Below, piece by piece: positions 19,404 to 28,397 of a stretch of DNA of 64,000 nt; position 1 is the first letter of the stretch, and each line of letters begins with the position of its first letter. Position numbers and translations under genes: made by a program. Origin of the DNA: an uncultured Tessaracoccus sp. (GTDB lineage: Bacteria > Actinomycetota > Actinomycetes > Propionibacteriales > Propionibacteriaceae). Where the stretch lies: contig NZ_CAMYPD010000004.1 of assembly GCF_947286155.1 (NCBI RefSeq), positions 5,478-69,477 on the forward strand. The letters are read 5' to 3'. Below the pieces are notes generated by a model. That model had not been told where the DNA came from and did not search any database. It saw only the letters and a program-made list of their open reading frames with translations.

Positions 19404-20399
19404 ATGGCGGTCAGGCTGCAAGATGTCGCCCGGGAAGCCGGGGTCTCGATTAAGACGGTGTCGAACGTCGTGAACAACCGTCCCGTGGTGCGCCCAGCCA
19501 CCCGGGAACGCGTCGAGGCGGCTATCGAAGCGCTCGGGTATCGCCCCAACGCTACTGCCCGACAACTGCGATACGGACGCTCGGGGTTCCTGGCGCTCGT
19601 CGTGCCCCAGATCGATTCACCCTATTTCTCCACGCTTGCCAGCGCATTTACTCAGAAGGCACTCCAGCGGGGGTGGGTCACGCTGTTGGAATCGACGCAG
19701 GGTTCCCGTGAAGCTGAACTCGCGGTACTCGCCGGTCAGCAAAGCCACCTCGTGGACGGCATCGCTTTCTCCCCACTGTCGCTCTCACCCGCCGATGTCC
19801 GCCACCGCACAGATGCCACACCGATGGTGTTGCTCGGCGAGCGAGGCATCCCCGACGGGTTCCCCCACGTGGCCGTCGACTCGGTCGCGGCGGCGAACGC
19901 CGTCGTCGCACACCTCATTCAAGCAGGGCGAGAAAGGATCGCCGCGATCGGTGTGGAATCGGTGCAAGGGACGGCGTCAGTTCGTCTCGCTGGCTACCGT
20001 TCCGCCCTCGCTACGGCCGGACTCCCCGAACGTCCGGAGTACATCGTAGGGGTCAGCGAATACACCCGCAGCGCCGGGCGCGACGCCATGGCCGAACTCT
20101 TGCGCCTCCCAGAACCGCCCGATGCAGTGTTTTGTTTCAACGACGTCATGGCGATCGGCGCGCTCAGGGCCTGCGCAGAGGCGGGCGTCGATGTGCCGTC
20201 GCAGGTGGCAATAGCGGGCTTCGACGACATTCCTGAAGGAGAATTTAGCACGCCATCGCTCACCACGGTGCGCCCCGACTTGGACACGTTGGTGGACGGA
20301 ATCCTCGACAACCTCCTCGGACAAATTCAAGGACACGAAGAGCAACTCGCCACGCTCATTGGCTGGGAGCTCGTCGTGAGAGAGAGCGCTCCTGCTTGA
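19404..20399 (+). CDS. LacI family transcriptional regulator (arabinan locus)
   Basis: HTH MAVRLQDVAREAGVSIKTVSNVVN plus a periplasmic-binding-protein-like effector domain. Divergent from abfA. Confidence 0.85.
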   Translation: MAVRLQDVAREAGVSIKTVSNVVNNRPVVRPATRERVEAAIEALGYRPNATARQLRYGRSGFLALVVPQIDSPYFSTLASAFTQKALQRGWVTLLESTQGSREAELAVLAGQQSHLVDGIAFSPLSLSPADVRHRTDATPMVLLGERGIPDGFPHVAVDSVAAANAVVAHLIQAGRERIAAIGVESVQGTASVRLAGYRSALATAGLPERPEYIVGVSEYTRSAGRDAMAELLRLPEPPDAVFCFNDVMAIGALRACAEAGVDVPSQVAIAGFDDIPEGEFSTPSLTTVRPDLDTLVDGILDNLLGQIQGHEEQLATLIGWELVVRESAPA

Positions 20400-20448
20400 G
20401 CTAGCCGAAGGACACGGGTCCGCGATTCGCACGCGATGACCTACAGAT

Positions 20449-20772
20449 GTGGTGAAGAACGATGAGGTCCTCGAACAGCTTCGCGCATTCAACGCTGCTC
20501 GAGACGGGAACCAGTTTCATAGCCCTGAGAACTTGGCAAAATCCATTGCGATCGAGGCGGGAGAACTGCTCGAGTGTTTCCAGTGGAGAGCCCCAAGCGA
20601 TTACTCCGCAATCCGATTGGAACTCGCTGACGTGCTTTCCTACGCCTATCAACTAGCCGATGCTCTCTCTGAGGATCCGGGCGAGCTTGTGCTGGAAAAG
20701 CTCGCCATCACAGACCAGAAATACCCCGTGGATAAGGCGTACGGAAGATCGGACAAGTATGACCAGCTTTAG
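20449..20772 (+). CDS. MazG-like nucleotide pyrophosphohydrolase (small all-alpha NTP-PPase)
   Basis: 107 aa with an EAGELLE motif (EExxE). Visibly low GC, judged by eye. Overlaps the next gene by ~14 nt. Confidence 0.62.
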   Translation: MVKNDEVLEQLRAFNAARDGNQFHSPENLAKSIAIEAGELLECFQWRAPSDYSAIRLELADVLSYAYQLADALSEDPGELVLEKLAITDQKYPVDKAYGRSDKYDQL

Positions 20773-21585
20773 CATTCGCCGCTTCAGCTTCGACGACACG
20801 TGGCGCGCAGATCCAGTTCGAGAACAGAAACTCAGCAATTGGCCTGCGGTGTATGTACTACATGATGGGGCGCATCGCTGCAATGGGCAGGTGTACATCG
20901 GCGAAACGCTGAATCTGAGCAGCCGCATGCGTCAGCATCTCGATTCGTCCGAGAAAGAATCACTGACTGGCGTAGAAGTTATCCTTGATGAGACCTTCAA
21001 CAAATCCGTCTGCCTCGACTTGGAATCTCATCTCATCAAACTTGCAGCCGGCGATGGGTCGCGAGCCGTGCTCAACCGCAACGACAGAGTGGTCGACGCT
21101 GATTACTATGAGCGCCCCCGTTACCGACAGGTTTTCAACTCGATCTTCGAAGAGCTGAGACAACTAGGGCTGTTCGAACGCACCATTCCGGAGATCATCA
21201 ACTCTGCACTCTTTAAGCTTTCCCCATTCAAGTCGCTCACCCACGACCAAGCTGCAGCCGTAGAAGACATTTTGGAGGGACTCAGCGCTGACCTCCAGAG
21301 TCACACCCACCCTCGCAGCGTGGCAGTGATCCAGGGAGAACCTGGCACTGGGAAAACGGTCGTGGGAATCTATCTGATGAAACTCATGGTGGATCTCGCA
21401 CACGCACGCGATGCAGACAGCGTCGACCGCGACACCATGTTTTCAGAGTTCTTTCTACCCGGTCACAGGTAAGCCTTCGAAGGTTTGCGCGTAGGCCTCG
21501 TCGTGCCCCAACAGTCACTGCGGAAATCCATCAAGGCTGTATTCGCGAACATCCCCGGACTCACCCCGTCAATGGGGCTCTTCAC
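20759..21585 (+). pseudogene. DUF2075-like GIY-YIG + P-loop NTPase gene, N-terminal part only, inactivated
   Basis: GIY-YIG-like WPAVYVL...VYIGETLNLSSRMRQH and Walker A VIQGEPGTGKTVVGIYLM. An in-frame TAA sits at ~21470-21472 and the frame reads on (GLVVPQQSLRKSIKAVFANIPGL) until it enters the ISL3 left inverted repeat at ~21586. Low GC. Confidence 0.6.
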
Positions 21586-22787
21586 AGATGAGGGTGGGTG
21601 GTCAGCCGGTGATGGTGTCGGCGATAGCTGGGATGTTGGGCGTGGCGCGGTGATGTGAGGGGGCCCTGGGTTGCTTGGATGAAGGTGTCTAGTCACCACC
21701 CAAGAACCCAGGGACCCTGATGCGAAACGCTACCCCACCATGTCTGGATTCGTACTGCCGACTCGACCGACTCGGACTCACCGTCATGGATCAGATCGTG
21801 CATCCGGACCACTCTGTGCTGGTCTGCGCCCCAACAACGCCAGCAGGTCCGTGCCCGACGTGCGCCGGTCCCGGGGCCCGGCATGACACGGTGGTGCGGA
21901 AGTTGGCGCACGTGCCCTTCGGTTGGAAACCCACGATCCTGCAAATCCTGGTCCCCCGGGTACCGATGCAGGCCATGTGGTCGCATGTGGCGCCACGACC
22001 TCCGCGCGGCGGCGCCGACCAGAGGGAAGCTGTCTCGGGACGCGGTCACGTTGGCGGTGAAGCACATCGTGATCGACCGACTCTCGATCGCCAGGATCGC
22101 CGCGATCCTCGGGGTCGCGTGGAGCACCTGCAGCGACGCGAACCTCGCCGCCGCCGAGGAGTTGTTTTTCAACGATCCCACCCGACTCGACGAGGTCACC
22201 ACGATCGGTGTCGACGAGCACGTGTGGCGCCGCACCCGCTTCGGCGCAACGTTCGTGACCGTGGTCATCGGCTTGACCCCGACAAGGACCAACACCGGCA
22301 CTTCCCGGCTCTTGGCGGTCGTGGACACCCGCTCTACGGGATCCGCCGCATCGCACGGATCCGCGTCGCGCTGCTGACGAAGAAGCAGTGGTTCCGGCTG
22401 CTGAACGTCTTCGACCAGGAATGCCACACCCCGCTCGCGGTTAGCTGGGAGGCCAACCAACGCATCATCGACGCCTATCGGGCTCCCACCACCGTCGAGG
22501 GCAAACAGATCATGACCGCCCTCATCGACACACTCAAGTCCGGGATGCCAGCAGCGCTCGAGAAGATCCCCACACTGGGCCGAACCCTCTACCGACGACG
22601 CAACGACATCCCCTCCTTCTTCGACCACCCCGGCACCAGCAACGGCCCCACCGAAGCACCCAACGCCCTGATAGAACACCTCCCCGGCACCGCCAGAGGC
22701 TTCCGGAACCTCACCAACTACACCGCGCGCTGCCTACTCGACGCCGGCGGATTCAGACCCCTCATCCACTCTCTTCTATGAAGAGCC
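21586..22787 (+). mobile_element. ISL3-family insertion sequence remnant with frameshifted transposase
   Basis: The transposase is split across track ORFs 21720..22781 and 21883..22377. Recognisable blocks are CPTCAGPG...YRCRPCGRMW, IGVDEHVWR and the C-terminus TEAPNALIEHLPGTARGFRNLTNYTARCLL. Terminal inverted repeats: ggctcttcacagatgagggtgg at ~21586 and its imperfect complement ending gaagagcc at ~22787. No 8-bp target site duplication was found. Confidence 0.7.
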
Positions 22788-22879
22788 ACTAAAGAGCTGA
22801 TCAGCCCCCGCTACCGGGGGCCGTGACCCCAGGCGCCCCGGACTTCGAAGAACCGGGGCGCTCGTTCATGTCTGGAGTG

Positions 22880-23962
22880 TCAGCGTGAACGTTGACTGCG
22901 GGAGAAGTCCGCGACGGACCGCTTCGGTGCCGACGATGCCGTCTGTGGTGCGCTTGAGCGTCCACCACGTCGTCCACGAGTACGTGACCCACGCCCGGCG
23001 GAGGCTGGCTGCTCCTGTTGCGGACGACCCTGGTCGCGACCATTGCGCTGTCGGCCCCCACCCGACGGGCGCGAGGGCTGCTGCTGCGGGCGATGCATGC
23101 CCGAACGCTCGGCCGCTTCGTCCGCCGCCAAGAAGACGCGCTCGCCCGGGGCGAGCTCGGCGAGGATCGAGCTGGAGGATGTGGCTTCGTTGAACGTCGC
23201 GGAGATCTTGGCCTGACGCAGCAAGGTACGGACCTCGCCGCGCTGCGCCGGGGTCTCGAGCGTCACGACGGTGCCCGAGGCACCCGCGCGGTCGGTACGG
23301 CCCGATCGGTGCAGGTACGTCTTGTGCTCGGCCGGCGGGTCGGCGTGGATCACGAGTGCGACATCGTCGACGTGGATGCCACGGGCTGCGATGTCGGTCG
23401 CCACCAGCGTCGAGACGCGACCGCCGTGGAAGGCCTCCATGTTGCGTGTCCGCGCGTTCTGGCTGAGGTTGCCGTGCAGGTCGACGGCGGCGATGCCCAT
23501 GCCTATGAGCTGCTTGGCGAGCTTCTTCGCGCCGTGCTTGGTGCGGGTGAGGATGATGGTGTTGCCGGGTGCGGCCGAGAGCTGTGCCAGCACGTTGGTG
23601 CGCTGGTCGGGTGCGATCCGCAGCACATGGTGCTTCATCGTCCCGACGGGCGACAGCTCGGAGTCTGCCTCGTGCTTGACCGGATCGTGCAGGAACTCGC
23701 TCGCGAGGGTGGCCACGCCGGCGTCCAGCGTCGCAGAGAACAGCATGCGCTGGCCGCGCTCGGGCGTCGCCTTGACGATGCGACGCACGCCGGGCAGGAA
23801 GCCCATGTCCGCTATGTGGTCGGCCTCGTCGACGACGGTGATGTCGATCGCGGACAGATCCACGATTCCCTGGCCCATCAGGTCTAGCAGGCGACCCGAG
23901 GCAAGACTGGGCGGGCCATTGTCTTCGACAGTAGCAGCGTCGACGCCGGAACCTCGAATCAT
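22880..23962 (-). pseudogene. DEAD-box RNA helicase, C-terminal two-thirds only (N-terminal Q motif and Walker A absent)
   Basis: Begins at GRLLDL...VVDEADHIADMGF (motif II), then SAT, HGNLSQNARTRNMEAF, HRSGRTDRAG and an Arg/Gly-rich tail. Upstream, the D-aminoacylase stop lies 15 nt away, so there is no room for the N-terminal domain. Confidence 0.62.
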
Positions 23963-23976
23963 GGCCCACCCCTGTC

Positions 23977-25557
23977 TCAGAGGATGCGTCCGAACCGATC
24001 GGGCGTCACCTCGCCGTCGACGAGCGCCAACCCCCCGCCGAGGATGACGTGCGAAACCCCCGTCGCGAGCTGCTTCGGGTCCTCGAAGGTGGCATGCTCG
24101 CGGACGTTGGCGGCGTCGAGGACGACCACGTCAGCGATGTTGCCGACGTCCAGCACGCCCCTGTCGTCGAGGCCCAATCGTGACGCCGGCAGAGACGTCA
24201 TCTTGCGGATTGCTTCCTGCAACGTCAGGAGTCCCTCGTCTCGGACGTAGCGTTCCAAGACGCGCACGAACGTGCCGAAGGAGCGGGGGTGTGGCCGACC
24301 GGCACCTTCCGTGGTGAGCACCCAGCCGTCACTGGCGACGGAGACCAGTGGGTGGGCGAGCACCGTGCGCACGTCGTCCTCACTCATGGCGTGGTTGACG
24401 ATGGCGACGGTGGCGCTGTGCGCCCCCAGCACGCGCATGGCGGCTTCCTCAGGGGTGCAGTCGTCGTGCTCGGCGATGTCGACCAGCGACATTCCGACGG
24501 TCCAGCCCATCGAAGTGTCACTCGTCGGACGGCCAAGTTCGGCGATGACGACACCGGCCGGGTCGACGTCGCGACCGAACCGCGCAGCGAGTGTCGTGGC
24601 GATCTCGCGGCGCACGCTCGCGTCCCGCAGCCGTTCGAGCAGGGCTGGCTTGCCGCCGGACAGCGCCCAGCCGGGCAACCGCGACGTCAACGTCGTGCTG
24701 GATGCGGTGTAGGGATATACGTCGGCCATGACGTCCACGCCCCGCTCGCGGGCCGCCTCGATCATCTCGAGCGCTTGTCGGGGCTTGCCGTGGTTCTCCG
24801 GCCCCATGGCCTTCAGGTGGGAGATCTCGAGTCGCGCACCGGTCGCCTCGGCCACGCCGAGCGCCTCATCAACCGCCTCGAGCACGGCGCCGGTCTCGTT
24901 GCGCATGTGCGTGGAGTACAGCAGCCCTGCCTCGGCTGCCGCGCCGACGAGCGCCCGCATTTCCTGCTCGGAGGAGTAGGAGCCGGGAGCGTAGATGAGC
25001 CCCGATGAGAAGCCTCGAGCTCCCTGCTCCGCCGCTCGCCGGATCTCGTCGCGCATGGCGTCGAGCTCCTGCGGGCTCGCCGGTCGTTCCTCGAACCCGA
25101 CGACGAAGCTGCGGATGGACGTCAGCCCCACCTGGAGTGCAAGGTTGATGCCCGGGCCGATGCCGCTCGTCACGTCGCGATAGCCGGCGAGATCCTGCCA
25201 CTCCCCCGCGAACCGGGGATCGAGGTGCGAGTGGTTCGTCGCGACGACATCCACGGACTTGGCAGGAAACGGTGTCGATCCGCAGTTGCCGGCCAACGCC
25301 GTCGTGACTCCTTGATGAAGCTGCGTCTCCGCCGCTGGGGCACCGTGGATGGTGAAGTCCGCGTGCGAATGGAGGTCGATGAAGCCCGGGGTGACCGCAC
25401 GCCCACCCGCGTCGATGACGGTCGCAGCCTCGGTGGGTGCATCCTCACCGTCGCGCCAAACAGCGGCGATGCGCTCGCCGTCGACGGCCAGGCCACCGAA
25501 GTACGGCTCGCTGCCAGTGCCGTCGACGATCGTCGCGTTCTTGATCAGCAGGTCCAT
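23977..25557 (-). CDS. N-acyl-D-amino-acid deacylase (D-aminoacylase), amidohydrolase superfamily
   Basis: FIDLHSHADF metal-binding motif. About 526 aa of D-aminoacylase-like sequence. Confidence 0.78.
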   Translation of the reverse strand: MDLLIKNATIVDGTGSEPYFGGLAVDGERIAAVWRDGEDAPTEAATVIDAGGRAVTPGFIDLHSHADFTIHGAPAAETQLHQGVTTALAGNCGSTPFPAKSVDVVATNHSHLDPRFAGEWQDLAGYRDVTSGIGPGINLALQVGLTSIRSFVVGFEERPASPQELDAMRDEIRRAAEQGARGFSSGLIYAPGSYSSEQEMRALVGAAAEAGLLYSTHMRNETGAVLEAVDEALGVAEATGARLEISHLKAMGPENHGKPRQALEMIEAARERGVDVMADVYPYTASSTTLTSRLPGWALSGGKPALLERLRDASVRREIATTLAARFGRDVDPAGVVIAELGRPTSDTSMGWTVGMSLVDIAEHDDCTPEEAAMRVLGAHSATVAIVNHAMSEDDVRTVLAHPLVSVASDGWVLTTEGAGRPHPRSFGTFVRVLERYVRDEGLLTLQEAIRKMTSLPASRLGLDDRGVLDVGNIADVVVLDAANVREHATFEDPKQLATGVSHVILGGGLALVDGEVTPDRFGRIL

Positions 25558-25558
25558 G

Positions 25559-27049
25559 TCACATCGCCTCCACGAACAGGATTGCCGCGTACAGGATCGT
25601 CGCGGGGATCAACAGCAGCCAGCCGCCGATGAGCATGTTGCGAAGATTCTTGGAGCGAGCCATGCCCATGACGCCGATCATGTTGCCATTGGGGAAGGGG
25701 CCGTAGGTGTCCGCCTTCGACGCGAACAGGAGCACAACCACCCAAGCGCCGGCCGAGACACCCATTGTCGTGGCGAGCGGCCCGAACACCTCGTTGAGGA
25801 GGACGACCTGGGCGGCGGTGGCGCCCGGGATGCCGACCCAGCCGAGCAGTGCGATCAGGATCGTGAACAGGAACCGGCTGCCGGAGGCGAGGCCCTCGCC
25901 GTACGTCTCGAGGATCACGTCGAACGGTGCGAGGGTGTCGATCATGATGAACAGCGCGGCGAGCATCCAGAACAGGATGAAGATGCTGACCAGCGACGCG
26001 CAGCCCTTGTAGAAGTGCTTGAGGATGTCGGTCAGGCCCAGTCCGCCGGCCAGGCCGGTGACGAGGCCGAGGAATGGCAGCGCCAGCAGCGGGAACGTCG
26101 TGCCGGCCTCCATCCACGTCGCGTAGACGACGGAGGCAACGAGCGCGAGGAGGAACACCGCAGTCGAGCGGCCGGCGTTCTTCGGGATCTCGACGTCGTC
26201 TGCCAGCCCGATCTCCGCGTCAGTGTAGTAGTCGTCGTGCTTGGCGGACAGTCGCTGGATGAACAGCACGACCGGGTACCCCAGCAGCATGGAGAGGATT
26301 GCGATGGGCCCGGCGCCGTACTGCAGATACTGCAGATAGGAGACGTTGGCGGCCTCCATGATTGCGACATTGGAGCCCGCGAAGGGGGCGACGGCGAGGC
26401 CCGAGGCGCCGCCGATGAACATCATCATAGCGGTGGCGGACTTCGTGAACTTCATCCGTGCCGCAATGGGCAGGAGGATGGGCGAGGCGATCGCGATGGC
26501 ACCGGCGAGGGTGCCGAGGCTCGCAACCAGCACGACGCAGGAGGTCATGATGCCGTAGGCGATGGCCCAGCGTCGCTTGTCGCCGAAGACGCGCATCACG
26601 CCACGGACGATCGTCTTTGCCACTCCCGTGACCTTGAGGATCTCGCCCACGCCGGCGCCCAGCATGATGATGAGGCCGATGACGGTGATCAGATCTGCCA
26701 TCGAATCGCCGAGTACCTTGCCGATCTCGGCTGGCCCCAGCCCTGCGATGGTCACGCCGGAGGCGATCGCGATCACGGTGGCGACGACGATGTCCATGCC
26801 GAGCAGCGACAGCACTGCGTAGAGGATGATCGGCAACAGGCCCCACAGGGTTGGCCCTTCGCCGGTGGTGAAGCCTGCGTAGAGGGACAGCCCGATGCCG
26901 ATGGCGGCGAGCACCCACAGCAGGGTCTGGCGGCCCTTGCTGAGCTCGACACCGTAGGCGTTGCTGTCCTCGGAGTCACCAGCTTGCGTGTCCTTGTCGT
27001 CTGTGGGGAGCGTTCGCTCGTCGACCTTCGCGGTCTCGTGCATGCTCAT
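25559..27049 (-). CDS. ion-coupled permease (GntP/NhaC-like, 12+ TM)
   Basis: Highly hydrophobic 496 aa protein with Gly-rich repeat loops. Family assigned by resemblance only. Confidence 0.55.
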   Translation of the reverse strand: MSMHETAKVDERTLPTDDKDTQAGDSEDSNAYGVELSKGRQTLLWVLAAIGIGLSLYAGFTTGEGPTLWGLLPIILYAVLSLLGMDIVVATVIAIASGVTIAGLGPAEIGKVLGDSMADLITVIGLIIMLGAGVGEILKVTGVAKTIVRGVMRVFGDKRRWAIAYGIMTSCVVLVASLGTLAGAIAIASPILLPIAARMKFTKSATAMMMFIGGASGLAVAPFAGSNVAIMEAANVSYLQYLQYGAGPIAILSMLLGYPVVLFIQRLSAKHDDYYTDAEIGLADDVEIPKNAGRSTAVFLLALVASVVYATWMEAGTTFPLLALPFLGLVTGLAGGLGLTDILKHFYKGCASLVSIFILFWMLAALFIMIDTLAPFDVILETYGEGLASGSRFLFTILIALLGWVGIPGATAAQVVLLNEVFGPLATTMGVSAGAWVVVLLFASKADTYGPFPNGNMIGVMGMARSKNLRNMLIGGWLLLIPATILYAAILFVEAM

Positions 27050-28284
27050 GATTGGTTCCTTCCTGGCAGGAGGCGTCGCTGGAACCGGTCAGGCCCCAGC
27101 CAGCGCCCCGTCGGGTTTGCGTCGCCGGTGATCACGGCGTCGCGGATGATGTCGGCGGTCACGGGTGCGAGGATCATTCCCCACATGCCGTGCCCTGCTG
27201 CGACGTGGAGATTGGGCAATGCCGACGACGTGCCGATGATGGGCAGTCCGTCGCTCGAGCACGGACGGTCGCCTGCCCAGCGCTCGATGACCTTGGCGGA
27301 CCCGAGGACCGGCATGTGGCGCGCGGCGACCTCCAGGAGGTCGTCGGCACGGCTGAGGTCCTTCGGCCTTGACTCGTCGCCGAACTCCAGCGCCCCGGCG
27401 ACGCGAACACGGTCCAGGATCGGCGTCACGACGACGCGGTGGTGTTGGAATCGGACGGGCATGCGCGGTGCGCCGTCGGGCACTTCCAGGTCGACGATGT
27501 AGCCACGACCGCCGCGGATGGGCAGCCGGATCCCCACCTGCGCGGCCAGCGCGATCCCGCCAAGACCAGTCGCGAGGATGACGTGGTCAGCCCGGATGAT
27601 GTGCTGCTCGGTGTGAGCCTCGACCACGCGGCCGCCGTCGCTCGCGAGCTTCGTCACGCGCGTCGACTGTCGCAGATCAGCGCCGTGGCGTGCGGCGTCG
27701 TCGAGCATGGCCTTGATGTAGCCGCGCGGTCCGAGCGTCCACTCCTCCTGCTCGACCGTGCCAGCGCACGCGCCGACCACTGCAGGCTCGAGCTCGCTGA
27801 CTGCGTCGCCGTCGATCAGTCCGGGCCGCGGGCTCTGGTGCGTGGTGTAGATGTTGAGCGCGCCCGTCTTCGTGAGGTGCGGCGAGAGCCCCGCGTCCGC
27901 GAGCTCCTGGTGCATGCGAACGCTGGTCCATGCCAATTGGCGCAACCGTTCGGAACCGCGCTTAGCGCGCGCCGGGGCTGCCGACAACATCAGACTGGTG
28001 AGGAAGGGAACCAGCGAGGGGTCCAGCCCGACGGTGACCGCAGGCGGGCGACGCAGCATCTGCTGGGGTGCTTCCAGCAGGAGCGCAGGAGTGGCGAGCG
28101 GTCCGACGTGGTCGGGCGCGAGGATGCCGGCATTGGCGTAGGAACAGCCGCCGCCGATGTCGTCGGCCGCGTCCACGACAACGACGTCGCGGCCGGCGCG
28201 GGCGAGCTGTTGGGCGATGCTGGCGCCCACGACGCCGGCGCCGACGACGAGGCAGTCGGCTTCCAAGGCATTGTGTCGAAGCAT
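27046..28284 (-). CDS. FAD-dependent oxidoreductase (D-amino-acid dehydrogenase DadA-like)
   Basis: N-terminal Rossmann motif VVGAGVVGASIAQQLARAGRDVVVVD and DAO-family length. Overlaps the permease gene by 4 nt. Confidence 0.72.
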   Translation of the reverse strand: MLRHNALEADCLVVGAGVVGASIAQQLARAGRDVVVVDAADDIGGGCSYANAGILAPDHVGPLATPALLLEAPQQMLRRPPAVTVGLDPSLVPFLTSLMLSAAPARAKRGSERLRQLAWTSVRMHQELADAGLSPHLTKTGALNIYTTHQSPRPGLIDGDAVSELEPAVVGACAGTVEQEEWTLGPRGYIKAMLDDAARHGADLRQSTRVTKLASDGGRVVEAHTEQHIIRADHVILATGLGGIALAAQVGIRLPIRGGRGYIVDLEVPDGAPRMPVRFQHHRVVVTPILDRVRVAGALEFGDESRPKDLSRADDLLEVAARHMPVLGSAKVIERWAGDRPCSSDGLPIIGTSSALPNLHVAAGHGMWGMILAPVTADIIRDAVITGDANPTGRWLGPDRFQRRLLPGRNQS

Positions 28285-28397
28285 TCGAGGAGACTATGCG
28301 CGAAATGGTGCCCGTGACCTCATCCCTTGGGGAGGAACTTGTCCAAAGGTTGTGCGCTGGTCGGACAATCGTCCCCATTGCCACTTGATGGGGGACA

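Noticed and set aside
22866-23969. 367-aa minus-strand Arg-rich ORF
   Set aside because: Alternative frame of the DEAD-box helicase fragment. It is poly-Arg/Gly nonsense.
25349-27502. 717-aa plus-strand ORF
   Set aside because: Antisense to the permease and oxidoreductase genes. The sequence is Asp/Gly/Arg-rich nonsense.
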